A DNA stretch of 61,217 nucleotides, the filler included. It is 8 parts of 8 records of this genome, joined end to end, with 100 filler letters (N's around TTAATTAATTAA, not from the genome) between each part and the next. Parts side by side here need not be neighbours in the genome. Positions count along the whole stretch, not along the records: positions 29,857 to 36,711 come from DRR723986_17407; positions 36,812 to 46,872 come from DRR723986_17411; 6 more parts are not named here. One strand, written 5' to 3'. Below, in pieces: positions 29,926-40,772 of this stretch. Under the pieces are notes generated by a model, which ran no database searches, was not told the DNA's origin, and worked only from the letters and a program-made list of their open reading frames with translations. The position numbers and the translations under genes are program-made. Numbering within the stretch: position 1 is the first letter of the stretch; every line of letters starts with the position of its first letter.

Positions 29926-31146
29926 CTAGGCCGTTACTGCGCCGCGCGGCGCACGCGGCTTGCTGCGCAGCAAGAGCCAGAGCATGATTGCGATGTTTAG
30001 CCCATTCCAGAAAATGCCGTTGATAAAGGCCAGATGGTAAGACCCGCTGAGGTCATAGATCTGACCAGACAGCCATCCGCCCAGCGCCATGCCCATGATG
30101 GTCGCCATCATCACAAAGCCGACCCGCGCACCTGCCTCTCGCGCGGGCATATATTCGCGTACGATCAAAGCATAGCTTGGCACGATGCCGCCTTGTGACA
30201 GGCCAAAAACCAGACTGACCACATAGAGCGAGACCAGCCCGCCTGCGGGCAGATACAAAAACAGCGCCAAACATTGCAGCGCAGACCCGATCAACAGCGT
30301 TCGCACGCCCCCAAGCCGATCCGCCAGCAGGCCAGAGACCACGCGCGAGCCGACCCCGCCCAGCAGCATCAGCGACAGCATTTCAGCACCAACCACAGGG
30401 CCGAACCCAAGATCAACGCAGTACGACACGATATGGACCTGCGGCATGGACATCGCCACACAGCAGCCGATGCCGGCAAGTCCCAAAAGATACTGCAAGG
30501 CGCGCGGGCTGAGCCCCGAAGACTGCGCATTCAAAGAGGAGGCCAACTGCGCCGCCTCATGGGCAGCATCCGAAACCTGCCGGCGCAGGGCAAGGGCAAG
30601 CGGGATCACCCCGACAAGTGTCACGACCGCCATCACTTGATACACCACACGCCAACCGCTGTCTTGCAGGACGCCCGCCAGCAGCATTGGCCAGATTGCC
30701 CCACTGAGGTAATTGCCACTTGCGACCAGCGCCACCGCAATGCCGCGGCGGCGCACGAACCAGTGGGATATGTCAGCGATGAGCGGCCCAAATCCGATGG
30801 CTGACGCAAATCCGATGATCAGTTGCGCCGCTGACAGCAGCATAACGGAATGCGACATGATCGCCAGCACAAGCCCGAGCGCCACCGTCAGTGCAGCAAA
30901 AATCAGTGACAGGGTTACCCCAAACCGGTCGACAGCCCGGCCGAGGTAAAAGTTGCCAAGCGCAAAGCCGATCATCGTCAGCGTATAGGGCAAGGATGCT
31001 TCGGCCCGTGTGGTGCCAAACTCCGCCTCAACCGCTGGCATGATCACGATGATCGCCCACATCCCCGCGTTTGCAATGGTTGCCACCAGCAGGGTCAGGA
31101 CCAATCTGAACCAGGAATATTTACTGTCCGTTTCGATGGTTTGCAT
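29926..31146 (-). CDS. MFS transporter (OFA/MCT-like)
   Basis: About 12 TM helices; motif A GRAVDRFG and GLLADRLGG; WFVRRRGIA. Confidence 0.88.
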   Translation of the reverse strand: MQTIETDSKYSWFRLVLTLLVATIANAGMWAIIVIMPAVEAEFGTTRAEASLPYTLTMIGFALGNFYLGRAVDRFGVTLSLIFAALTVALGLVLAIMSHSVMLLSAAQLIIGFASAIGFGPLIADISHWFVRRRGIAVALVASGNYLSGAIWPMLLAGVLQDSGWRVVYQVMAVVTLVGVIPLALALRRQVSDAAHEAAQLASSLNAQSSGLSPRALQYLLGLAGIGCCVAMSMPQVHIVSYCVDLGFGPVVGAEMLSLMLLGGVGSRVVSGLLADRLGGVRTLLIGSALQCLALFLYLPAGGLVSLYVVSLVFGLSQGGIVPSYALIVREYMPAREAGARVGFVMMATIMGMALGGWLSGQIYDLSGSYHLAFINGIFWNGLNIAIMLWLLLRSKPRAPRGAVTA

Positions 31147-31228
31147 TCAAGGCTCTCCGTTCGCCGTCATCTGGCGTCAGGTCCGGGCAAAGCGCAAGAG
31201 GCACAATCAAATCGTGACAATTGAAGTT

Positions 31229-31244
31229 GTTAAGCGGGCGGTAA
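31229..31244 (-). promoter_or_regulatory. Probable CtrA site upstream of motB
   Basis: Minus strand TTAC-CGCCCGC-TTAAC, one mismatch to consensus. Confidence 0.5.
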
Positions 31245-31290
31245 GCCCTGCTGCCGTAAACCTCGTGTCGGGTGAAAAGAGGTGGTGGAG

Positions 31291-32136
31291 ATGAGTGCGC
31301 AAGCAAATGCAGCGCCAGTCATCATCAAGAAGAAAAAGGTCATCGCAGGCGGCGGGCACCATGGGGGTGCTTGGAAAGTTGCCTATGCGGATTTCGTGAC
31401 AGCGATGATGGCGTTTTTCATGTTGATGTGGCTGCTGAATGCAACAACCGAACAACAACGCAAAGGGATCGCGGATTATTTTTCGCCGACGATTCCGATC
31501 AACCGGGTCTCCGGTGGTGGCAATGGCGCTTTTGGCGGCGAGAGTATTTTTTCGGAGATGACCCTGCCGAAAAACGGCACTGGTGCGACTGCACCGCATT
31601 CCTCAATGGAGGATCAGGCGCGCGGGGCCAGTGGCACGTCCGAGGGCGAAAAGAACGCCGAGCAGGAGGCGTTTGAGGCGGTTGAGGCCATGTTGATGGG
31701 CCGTGGCGGTGAAACCATGGTGATGGAAAACGCCCTCAAGCATATTGTCACGCGGATCACCGATGAGGGGTTGGTGATTGAGCTTTTCGAGCTTGAGGAT
31801 GTCCCTTTGTTTAAGGGGGGGGATGATGAACCTGCGCAACTGCTCAGGGATCTGGCGGCGGTGATTGCAGAGCTGGCCAAGACCGTGACAAACCGCATTG
31901 CCATCGGCGGGCATGTGCGATCAGACCCCGTGGTGTTGGCCCAAAGTGTTGTTTGGGAACGCTCTGCCAATCGCGCCGATCAGATGCGTCACCTGCTTGA
32001 AGAGGTGTCGATCGATGCCAAGCGTGTCCAGCGTGTGACAGGACATGCCGACCGATCTTTGGCGGTGCGTGATCCAATGGCGCGGCGCAACAACAGGATC
32101 GAGGTGATCTTGCTGCGCGATACCAAGCGGAATTGA
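31291..32136 (+). CDS. motB: Flagellar motor protein MotB
   Basis: HHGGAWKVAYADFVTAMMAFF; OmpA-like C-terminus NNRIEV. Confidence 0.93.
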   Translation: MSAQANAAPVIIKKKKVIAGGGHHGGAWKVAYADFVTAMMAFFMLMWLLNATTEQQRKGIADYFSPTIPINRVSGGGNGAFGGESIFSEMTLPKNGTGATAPHSSMEDQARGASGTSEGEKNAEQEAFEAVEAMLMGRGGETMVMENALKHIVTRITDEGLVIELFELEDVPLFKGGDDEPAQLLRDLAAVIAELAKTVTNRIAIGGHVRSDPVVLAQSVVWERSANRADQMRHLLEEVSIDAKRVQRVTGHADRSLAVRDPMARRNNRIEVILLRDTKRN

Positions 32137-32170
32137 TCAAAAGGGTGGCAGAATAGGACGCATTTTATCT

Positions 32171-32186
32171 GTTAGCCTGCCCTTAA
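32171..32186 (-). promoter_or_regulatory. Probable CtrA site upstream of flgE
   Basis: Minus strand TTAA-GGGCAGG-CTAAC, one mismatch to consensus. Confidence 0.5.
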
Positions 32187-32243
32187 GTCCATGGCGTCTA
32201 TGGGTTGGGGCAACGTTGATTGCCACCGCAGAAAGGCGCTTCC

Positions 32244-33545
32244 ATGACAATCTCATCTTCCCTGAACGCTGGTGTGGCTGGGTTGCAGGCCAATGCAACC
32301 CGCCTTGCCTCTATCTCTGACAATATCGCGAATTCGTCGACCTACGGTTACAAGCGGGTGCAAAGTGATTTCGAATCCCTGGTCGTTTCTTCTCGGGGTG
32401 GCACCTATTCCGCTGGCGGGGTGCGGGCCAATACACGGCGGCTGATTGACGAACGCGGACCGCTGGTTTCCACCAGCAATGCGACGGATCTGGCGATCCG
32501 TGGCCGTGGCTTTCTGCCTGTGGCACAGGCCACGGAGGTTGAAGTGGCCAATGGCGACACTTCGCTGTTTTTGACAACAACCGGATCTTTCCGCACTGAT
32601 GCCGAAGGGTATCTGCGCACCGGTTCGGGGCTGGTTCTGCTGGGCTGGCCCGCCAATACGGATGGGACGATCCCCACCTATCCCCGTGACACGGCTGACG
32701 GGTTGGAGCCGGTGCAGATCAACGTCAATTTGTTCTCGGGTGAACCGACAACAAATATGGAACTTGGCATCAACCTGCCGGCCACAGAAACCGAAGCATC
32801 AGCCAACGGCGACACCCAGCAATTGTCGGTCGAATATTACGACAATCTGGGCACATCGGAAAGCATCAACATCACGTTCACACCGACGGTTCCGGCGACG
32901 GGGTCCTCGAACGAATGGACGATGACGATGACCGATTCTGTTGATCCGCTGACGACGATTGGCGAATACACATTGACCTTTGCGGATGACCGAACTTCGG
33001 GCGGCACATTGGCATCTGTGACCACAGTGTCTGGCGGGGCCTATGATCCGCTGACCGGCAATCTGATCGTGAATGTTGCGGGCGGCCCGATCGAGATCGA
33101 CATTGGGCAAATTGGCGAAAGCGATGGGATCACGCAACTGTCTGACAATTTTGCGCCGGTTTCCATTTCGAAAGATGGATCGCCCGTAGGCAATATGACC
33201 TCTGTCGAGGTGGACGAGAACGGCTATGTCTATGCCTATTTTGATACCGGGATCACCAGCCGGATCTATCAGGTGCCGCTGGTCGATCTACCCAACCCCA
33301 ACGGGATGGTCGCCCTGGATCACCAGACCTATCAGCCCTCGGTGGACAGTGGATCATTCTTTCTTTGGGACGCGTCCGATGGTCCAACGGGGGACGTGTT
33401 GGCCTTTGCGCTTGAGGAATCCGCGACCGATGTCGCAGGCGAGTTGACCTCGATGATCCAGACCCAGCGGGCCTATACCTCCAACGCCAAGGTGATCCAG
33501 ACGGTTGATGAGATGTTGCAAGAGACCACCAACATCAAACGCTGA
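32244..33545 (+). CDS. flgE: Flagellar hook protein FlgE
   Basis: ISDNIANSSTYGYK; DLAIRGRGF; LEESATDVAGELTSMIQTQRAYTSNAKVI. Confidence 0.93.
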   Translation: MTISSSLNAGVAGLQANATRLASISDNIANSSTYGYKRVQSDFESLVVSSRGGTYSAGGVRANTRRLIDERGPLVSTSNATDLAIRGRGFLPVAQATEVEVANGDTSLFLTTTGSFRTDAEGYLRTGSGLVLLGWPANTDGTIPTYPRDTADGLEPVQINVNLFSGEPTTNMELGINLPATETEASANGDTQQLSVEYYDNLGTSESINITFTPTVPATGSSNEWTMTMTDSVDPLTTIGEYTLTFADDRTSGGTLASVTTVSGGAYDPLTGNLIVNVAGGPIEIDIGQIGESDGITQLSDNFAPVSISKDGSPVGNMTSVEVDENGYVYAYFDTGITSRIYQVPLVDLPNPNGMVALDHQTYQPSVDSGSFFLWDASDGPTGDVLAFALEESATDVAGELTSMIQTQRAYTSNAKVIQTVDEMLQETTNIKR

Positions 33546-33584
33546 TCGTGACAGCCGGCGACCCATAGTCAGAGGAGTGAAAGC

Positions 33585-35039
33585 ATGACCATTTCGGGGG
33601 CTCTCAACAATGCCATGACCGGCCTTCGCGCTGCGGGGCGCGGGGCAGAGGTCATTTCGTCCAACATCTCAAACGCGTTGACACCCGGATATGGGCGGCG
33701 GCTCTTGTCGTTGTCATCCTCCAGTGTCGGCGATTTCGGCGGCGTTCAGATCAATGGCATCACACGGGTTGTCGATGCCGGATTGGCTGCCGACCGGCGT
33801 CTTGCACATGCCGAAAACGGCAACACCCGGATTGCGGCCGATTTTCTGGCCAAGATTGAAAACCTGCTGGGCACACCAGACAATCCCACATCGCTGACCG
33901 CGCAGTTGTCCCATTTTGAAAACAGCTTGATCACCGGGGCCAGTCGGCCAGATGCGGCTGAACGCCTGGGCGGTGCCGTGGCATCGGCGCGCGCCGTGGC
34001 GCTGGCGTTAAACTCAGCCTCGGACGGCGTTCAAGACGCCCGAACCCAGGCCGACCGAACCATTCACGCACAGGTCGAAGAGCTGAATACGGCCCTAAGT
34101 CAGATCGCTGCTCTGAACTCACAGATCACCGGCCTTCAGGTGCAGGGCGGCGATGTGTCCTCATTGCAAGACTTGCGGCAACAGGTGATTGACCGGGTCG
34201 GCGAACTGGTCCCTGTTCGAGAAGCGCCGCGCAGCAACGGGCAAATTGCACTCTATTCTGTTGGCGGCGCGGTTTTGCTTGATGGAACGCCCGCCAGCCT
34301 TGGCTTTACCCCGTCAAATCTTGTGACGCCTTACATGACACTTTCCGGCAGCACCCTTTCATCGCTCACAATCAACGGCACTGAAGTGCGAACAGATTCG
34401 CAGAAAGGCGCGATCAGAGGTGGGCTACTGGCGGCGCAGTTCGAGATCCGCGATGAATCCGGCGTCGCCGCCCAGACCCAGATTGATGCGCTTGCACGCG
34501 ATCTGATCGAACGGTTTCAGGATCCGGCGGTGGACGGCACCCTTGCGCCGGGCGATGCGGGATTGTTCACAGACAGCGGAGGCGCATTTGACCCGCTTGA
34601 TGAAGTTGGGATTTCAGATCGCATCACCATCAATGCTGCGGTCGATCCCGATCAAGGCGGTGCAACCTGGCGCATACGAGATGGGATTGGCGCACTTGCA
34701 GAAGGCGACGTTGGCAATGCCAGCCTGCTGCAGGCCTTGGGCGATGCCCTCACCGGCCCTCGGGTTCCGGCCAGTGGCGGATTCGGCGGTGGTGCATTTT
34801 CCGCTATCAGTCTCGCCACAACTTTGACCTCCGATATTGCCGTGTCCCGCAACACAACCGAGCAGAAGCTGTCCTATTCCGCCGCAAGACTGGCCGAACT
34901 TACAGAGCGTCAATTGGCCGATGGTGTCGACAGCGATGACGAAATCCAGCGCCTCATGTTGGTTGAGCAAGCCTATGCGGCCAATGCCCGCGTGATCGAA
35001 ACGGTCGATGAAATGCTGCAAACGATTATGAGGCTGTGA
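33585..35039 (+). CDS. flgK: Hook-associated protein FlgK
   Basis: SSNISNALTPGYGRR; GVDSDDE...QAYAANARVI; operon position. Confidence 0.9.
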   Translation: MTISGALNNAMTGLRAAGRGAEVISSNISNALTPGYGRRLLSLSSSSVGDFGGVQINGITRVVDAGLAADRRLAHAENGNTRIAADFLAKIENLLGTPDNPTSLTAQLSHFENSLITGASRPDAAERLGGAVASARAVALALNSASDGVQDARTQADRTIHAQVEELNTALSQIAALNSQITGLQVQGGDVSSLQDLRQQVIDRVGELVPVREAPRSNGQIALYSVGGAVLLDGTPASLGFTPSNLVTPYMTLSGSTLSSLTINGTEVRTDSQKGAIRGGLLAAQFEIRDESGVAAQTQIDALARDLIERFQDPAVDGTLAPGDAGLFTDSGGAFDPLDEVGISDRITINAAVDPDQGGATWRIRDGIGALAEGDVGNASLLQALGDALTGPRVPASGGFGGGAFSAISLATTLTSDIAVSRNTTEQKLSYSAARLAELTERQLADGVDSDDEIQRLMLVEQAYAANARVIETVDEMLQTIMRL

Positions 35040-35040
35040 G

Positions 35041-36048
35041 ATGACAGGAAACAACACTTTGGGTGATTTGGCGCAGTCCTATATGCTGCGCAATCGCAAC
35101 ACCGCGTTGAAACAAGACATCACACGGCTGACGCAAGAGTTGGCCAGTGGCCAGATCGCAGATGTCAGGCAAGTTTTATCAGGTAACTTCAGCTACTTGA
35201 CAGACCTGGAACGCAAGATGGACATTTTGTCTGGCTATGAGATTGCCACCACTGAAGCCACCCATTTCACCACCGCTATGCAAGCGGCCCTTGGCCAGAT
35301 GGGCGACATTTCCAAAGACCTTTCAGGAAGTTTAATCACGGCAGGAACCAGCGGTATCGGGGTTTCGGCGGCGGATCTGTCCAACGAGGCTGAGAATGCG
35401 CTTGAGGCGCTGATTGGGCGATTGAATACCAATATTTCCGGGCGCCACATGTTTTCCGGTGCCGCGACCGATCGCCCCGCTCTGGCTGATGCGCAAACGC
35501 TTTTGACCGAGTTGACAACGGCGATGGCCGGTGCCGTGACACCGGCTGACATGATCGCAGCGGCGCAAACCTGGTTTGATGACCCCGCCGGTTTTGATGC
35601 TGTGATTTATCAAGGTTCAAACAATGGCCTGTCGCCGTTTGATCTGTCTCAAGCCGAAGTTGTGAATCTGGACCTGCGGGCAACGGACGGTGATCTCAAA
35701 GACACTGTGATGCTCGCGGCTCTTGCAGCTTTGGGAAATGATCCTGCTTTTGCTCTTGCCCCGCCAGCGCAATCGGAACTGTTTCTCGATCTTGGCCAAC
35801 GCATGTTGGCGGCCCAAGACAGTCTCACCTCGTTGCAGGCGAATGTTGGTTTTGTTGAAGCGAGGATTGACGCGATTGCCACCCGCAATGCGGCAGAAAC
35901 AACCAGCCTGAGCTTTGCAAAGGCCGCGCTGCTTGAAGTTGATCCATTTGAGGCCGCTACCAAACTGGAGGATGTGCAATTTCAACTGCAAAGTCTGTAT
36001 TCCGTGACCGTTCGCATGTCGCAACTCTCCTTGGTAAATTTCCTATGA
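35041..36048 (+). CDS. flgL: Hook-associated protein FlgL (flagellin family)
   Basis: Follows flgK; GRHMFSG; VDPFEAATKL...LSLVNFL. Confidence 0.85.
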   Translation: MTGNNTLGDLAQSYMLRNRNTALKQDITRLTQELASGQIADVRQVLSGNFSYLTDLERKMDILSGYEIATTEATHFTTAMQAALGQMGDISKDLSGSLITAGTSGIGVSAADLSNEAENALEALIGRLNTNISGRHMFSGAATDRPALADAQTLLTELTTAMAGAVTPADMIAAAQTWFDDPAGFDAVIYQGSNNGLSPFDLSQAEVVNLDLRATDGDLKDTVMLAALAALGNDPAFALAPPAQSELFLDLGQRMLAAQDSLTSLQANVGFVEARIDAIATRNAAETTSLSFAKAALLEVDPFEAATKLEDVQFQLQSLYSVTVRMSQLSLVNFL

Positions 36049-36711
36049 GGGGGCTTATCGCCCTGATTTGCACCGCCGTGTTTTGGACATTCGCGGCGCA
36101 GGCCAGCCCGGTACGGATCAAGGATTTGGTCGATTTCGACGGTGTGCGCGGCAATGATCTGGTTGGCTACGGCCTTGTCGTTGGTCTGGATGGGACGGGT
36201 GACGGGTTACGCAACGCCCCATTCACCGAAGACATCATGACCAACATTCTTGAACGGCTGGGTGTAAATGTAACCGGCGAACAGTTCCGGCCAAAGAATG
36301 TGGCTGCTGTTTTGGTGACGGCCACGTTACCCCCATTCGCGCGAGCAGGCAGCCAGATCGACGTGACCGTTTCGGCCATTGGGGATGCAAAAAGCTTGAT
36401 GGGCGGCACCCTTGTTATGACGCCGCTGAATGCTGCTGACGGTCAGATCTATGCCGTATCGCAAGGCACCATCATCGCTGGCGGGACCGTGGCAGAAGGA
36501 GATGCGGGGCGCGTAACACAAGGGGTGCCGACTTCCGGCGTGATCCCGGCCGGTGCGCGCGTGGAACGCGAGATCGAGTTTCAGCTGGCCTCGATTAACG
36601 ATCTTCGTCTGGCGCTTCGAGAGGCGGACTTCACCACCGCAGGACGTATTGAGCGGGCGATAAATAAAGATTTTGGGAAACGCGTTGCGCTGATGTTGGA
36701 CAGTGGAACGG
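36045..36711 (+). CDS. flgI: Flagellar P-ring protein FlgI, 3' truncated
   Basis: RIKDL..GVRGNDLVGYGLVVGLDGTGD; KNVAAVLVTA. Confidence 0.95.
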
Positions 36712-36811
36712 NNNNNNNNNNNNNNNNNNNNNNNNNNNNNNNNNNNNNNNNNNNNTTAATTAATTAANNNNNNNNNNNNNNNNNNNNNNNNNNNNNNNNN
36801 NNNNNNNNNNN
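36712..36811. other. Artificial contig linker
   Basis: N44-TTAATTAATTAA-N44. Confidence 0.99.
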
Positions 36812-37508
36812 TGTTTTTAAAATTCAGGCCAATATGGACCCCAAGCACCGAGACCGCATTGCGTTTTTGCGGTTAATTTCCGGCAAGTTTAAAAAGGGTA
36901 TGAAGCTAAAGCATGTGCGCAGCGGTAAAACCATTGCGGTGCATAACGCACAGTTGTTTTTAGCGCAGGACCGAGCGATTGCGGAAGAAGCATTCGCTGG
37001 CGACATTATGGGCCTGCCAAACCACGGCAACCTGCGCATTGGTGATACGCTCACCGAAGGCGAAATTATTCGCTACACTGGTGTGCCGTCTTTCGCGCCG
37101 GAAATATTACAAAAAGTAAGGGCCGATGACCCGATGAAAGCCAAGCATTTGGGCCGCGCGCTTGAGCAGCTTGCCGAAGAGGGTGCTGCACGGGTTTTCA
37201 AGCCGTTTTTGGGCAGTGACTGGGTTGTGGGCGTGGTTGGTGCCTTGCAGTTTGATGTTTTGTCTGACCGTATTCGCACCGAATACCAGATACCGTGTAA
37301 GTTTGAACCAACAACGCTGATGACAGCGGAATGGATTGAAGGCGAGGCCCGCGAGGTGAAACAATTCACCGACCAGAACCGCGCATCCATGGCCAACGAC
37401 CATGCGGGCGCACCGGTTTATTTGGCGCGAAACAGCTGGCACCTTGATAAGGCGAAGGAAGATTTTCCTTCTCTTAAGTTCCTGAGAATAAAAGAAGAAA
37501 CCAACTAA
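36812..37508 (+). CDS. prfC: Peptide chain release factor 3, 5' truncated
   Basis: VFKIQANMDPKHRDRIAFLR; QLAEEGA; VGALQFDV. Confidence 0.95.
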
Positions 37509-37527
37509 AGTCTGGCGCTTATTCGTT

Positions 37528-39048
37528 TTACTGAAAAGCTTTTAAGTCTTCTGTTAACCGGGGGTTTGGGGCGGGCTGATCCCAGATTGTGCGACCACTT
37601 TTTCCTGCAACTTCATATTTGGCAAAATGCGTTTCCAAGGCTGTGATCATGGCATTGCGGATGTCTTTAGCAGGCGCGGAAAGTGCCTGTCTTTGTTCAC
37701 CCAAAGGGTTGCTGAGGTCATACCAATGATCATCAGGTGCGCTGCCTTCATTCTTTTTATAGTAACGAACCAGTTTCCAATGACCGTTTGAGACCATGCG
37801 GGCATTGGCACGTTCGGCGAAATGAAATGCGCGCCAGTTTGTAAGGCGGTCTCCTGCCAAAAGCAGGCGCAAACTTACACCAGGCCCGTAGCTGGATGCC
37901 TTGACGCCGCCCGGCGTAGCAAGGTCCAAGACTGTAGTATGTAGGTCTAAAAGTGTAACAAATTCATCACGTTGCTGGGCTGGGCGAATATAGTTTGCGC
38001 CGCCGTAGACTATGAGCGGAATGGCAATTGTATCTTCGTAAAAATTAGCAGGTTTGGTTGCGTTTACTTTGCCGTAAAGGCCGTATTTCCCCATCAAAAG
38101 GCCATGATCAGAGGTGTACACGATAATTGTATTATCCAAGATGCCGCGGCCCTCAAGCGCGTCAATCACGCGGCCAATTTGCTCATCAATCAAGGCTGAG
38201 GCAGCAAGATACTGCGCCAGCTTTTCGTCGTGCTCAGTGGGTGTGGAGGTTCGGGGCCCTCGGTTTTCCATATCGGAAAAGCCTCCGGCGCTTATCAGGT
38301 CGTACGCCATGCCACGATATTTTTGAACCAGTCGCTCTGGCAGTTCATCAAACGGGGCGTGAGGCTCTACAAAGTTTAAGCTGATAAAAAACGGGTCGTT
38401 CGGAGTGTCATCGATAAATTTTATTGCTTCTTCCGTTAGGTAGCGTGCCTGCACTCCTTTGTAGGAGGTTTGCTCGCCGTCGTCGGAGAAATACACCTCT
38501 CCTCTATGCAGATACTGGTTCTGCCAGCCTTCCCTGTACACATCATAGCTTAGCCAGCGGTCAAAGCCCGCTTGCGGTTTTCTGGCATCAGCGGTTGCGT
38601 GCCATTTACCTATCAGTGCAGTTCTATAATTTTGTTGCTTTAATCTTTCCGAAAGCAGGGTTTCGTCCTTTAGCCAATCGATTTTTTGTGCGCCGCCTTC
38701 TGCTAAAAAATCATGGACGCCGTGTTGGGACGGCATTTTACCAGTATAAAAGCTTGCGCGGGCAGGGGAGCAAACAGGCGCAGGAGATATCGCCTGATTA
38801 AATTTAACGCCGTTTCTGGCCAGCCAATCCATGTTAGGGGTTATATTTTCCTTAAAGCCATAGCTGCCAACAGCCCAGCGTGCGTGGTCATCTCCCATAA
38901 TGACAATTATGTTAGGTTTGTCTGCGACAGCTTTTTGTGTGAGGGCTTGTGCCTGTGCTTCGCCAGAAACCCTGAAACCAGCTGCACCTGCAACCAGAAG
39001 CGCAGAGTAATCTTTGAATAGCGAAAGTAAGCGACGCCTGTTAATCAT
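37528..39048 (-). CDS. Sulfatase (Cys-type) with Tat signal
   Basis: MINRRRLL; PNIIVIMGDD; CSPARASFYTG; GKWH; SDHG. Confidence 0.9.
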   Translation of the reverse strand: MINRRRLLSLFKDYSALLVAGAAGFRVSGEAQAQALTQKAVADKPNIIVIMGDDHARWAVGSYGFKENITPNMDWLARNGVKFNQAISPAPVCSPARASFYTGKMPSQHGVHDFLAEGGAQKIDWLKDETLLSERLKQQNYRTALIGKWHATADARKPQAGFDRWLSYDVYREGWQNQYLHRGEVYFSDDGEQTSYKGVQARYLTEEAIKFIDDTPNDPFFISLNFVEPHAPFDELPERLVQKYRGMAYDLISAGGFSDMENRGPRTSTPTEHDEKLAQYLAASALIDEQIGRVIDALEGRGILDNTIIVYTSDHGLLMGKYGLYGKVNATKPANFYEDTIAIPLIVYGGANYIRPAQQRDEFVTLLDLHTTVLDLATPGGVKASSYGPGVSLRLLLAGDRLTNWRAFHFAERANARMVSNGHWKLVRYYKKNEGSAPDDHWYDLSNPLGEQRQALSAPAKDIRNAMITALETHFAKYEVAGKSGRTIWDQPAPNPRLTEDLKAFQ

Positions 39049-39066
39049 GTGTCTACCCCTCACCAT

Positions 39067-40527
39067 TTATTCTTTGCCGGTGTTGTATTCCCAATTTACG
39101 CTCCACTCTGGACGCAGTGGGTCGTTGTTTACATCGGCAATATAGGCCAGCATTTCGACGTGCAGCTGCTCAACTATCTTTGGTTTTTGGCTCAAAAGGT
39201 TATTGAGTTCAAACCTGTCTGTCTCCAGGTTAAAAAGGGCGATTGGTTCTTGGGAACTATTGGCCAGTAATTTCCATTTGCCGATCTGTACAGCAAAGTT
39301 GGGCTCATTGTCTGTTGCGGGAAAGGCCCAGAATAAAGGGCGCTCACGCTTAATGATGTCGCCGTGAAACATTGGGGAGATGTCAGCGCCGTCGATTGTT
39401 CTGTCGGTTGGTGCGGGAATGTCTAAAATGGACATAAGCGTAGGGAAAATATCGTAACCATTAACTGGCTGGTTAGAGACGGTGCCAGCTTTAATGAGCG
39501 ATGGATACCTAATGATGCCGGGCACCCGAATGCCCCCTTCATAAAGGTCGGCTTTACGCCCTCGGTATCCGCCGGTGTCGCCGTATAAGTTTACTTCCCA
39601 CCATGCGCGCCAGTTGGTTGTTACTGGGCCATTATCGCTCAGGAAAAGTATGATTGTATTGTCTGCTAGCCCGTTTTCTTGCAAATGACGTAAAAACCGA
39701 CCCACCTGATTGTCCAAATGGGTAATGTTTGCATAATATTCTCCCGGGCCGCGGGCCTCAACGCCTTCGGGATAATTTGGTTGGCCATTTTCAACCGGGA
39801 CAGGGTCACCGCTCGTATATTCAGCATATTGCTGCAAATACTCGTCTGGGCTGTGAATTGTGGCATGTGGTTCTACAAAAGGCATGTAGAGGAAGAAAGG
39901 GTCTTCCGTATCTCGCGCTTCAAGCCAGCGTTTAGATTCGTTAACAACGATCTCGGCTGTAAACCCTTCTACTTCGCCGAGCGGCTTACCGTTAACATAA
40001 AAATTGGTTGGGTTTTCCTGATGTGGCAAAGGGAAGGCATGCAGCACATAGTTATGGTCAAAACCGTGATCAAATGGCTGCGCTTGGTCTTCTCGGTCAA
40101 GGCCGCCGTTCAGGTGCCATTTGCCGACGATGGCTGTTTGATAGCCATTTTGCTTAAGGGCGGTTGCAATCGTTGTTTCTTTTTCGGACAGATATGCACC
40201 GGTATTTTGCGGTATCCAGCTTTGAATGCCGGTTCGGTATGGTGTGCGGCCCGTTAAAAGTGCTGCGCGAGACGGAGAGCAAAGCGGTGATGGTGCGTAA
40301 AAGGCTGTCATTTTCAGCCCTTCAGATGCAAGTTTATCAATGTTTGGTGTTTTAATAATGGGATGGCCGTAGCCTTCAAGGTCGCCGTAGCCCAGATCAT
40401 CTACATACATTAATACGATGTTAGGCCTGCTGGGCTTTGTTGTCGGCTGTTCGGCAATTATCGGGTTTGCTGTATAGGACAGGGCTAATATCAGACTTAG
40501 AAGAGTAGCTAGGTGACACCGCTTCAT
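39067..40527 (-). CDS. Arylsulfatase A-like sulfatase with Sec signal
   Basis: PNIVLMYVDDLGYGD; CSPSRAALLTGR; GKWHL; SDNG; YEGGIRVP. Confidence 0.92.
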   Translation of the reverse strand: MKRCHLATLLSLILALSYTANPIIAEQPTTKPSRPNIVLMYVDDLGYGDLEGYGHPIIKTPNIDKLASEGLKMTAFYAPSPLCSPSRAALLTGRTPYRTGIQSWIPQNTGAYLSEKETTIATALKQNGYQTAIVGKWHLNGGLDREDQAQPFDHGFDHNYVLHAFPLPHQENPTNFYVNGKPLGEVEGFTAEIVVNESKRWLEARDTEDPFFLYMPFVEPHATIHSPDEYLQQYAEYTSGDPVPVENGQPNYPEGVEARGPGEYYANITHLDNQVGRFLRHLQENGLADNTIILFLSDNGPVTTNWRAWWEVNLYGDTGGYRGRKADLYEGGIRVPGIIRYPSLIKAGTVSNQPVNGYDIFPTLMSILDIPAPTDRTIDGADISPMFHGDIIKRERPLFWAFPATDNEPNFAVQIGKWKLLANSSQEPIALFNLETDRFELNNLLSQKPKIVEQLHVEMLAYIADVNNDPLRPEWSVNWEYNTGKE

Positions 40528-40772
40528 GAAAGCAATTCCTCGTTTGTTTCACTGTAATGGTGGCACTTTTGAGTTTGCGTGTCAAAATTCATATGGGGAG
40601 CTTTTCATTTTCACATTGGTGAAACAGTCTCTTTTAATATGTTGTTTTGTAAAGGGTATTTTTCTTGACCCTTATCAAGGATAAAAGCCCGCAAAAGAAC
40701 AACTATTGACAATCTGAGCCGGTGTATCATCATAAACTTTGATGTCAGCGGGAAATAAGGGGCAGATCGTGA

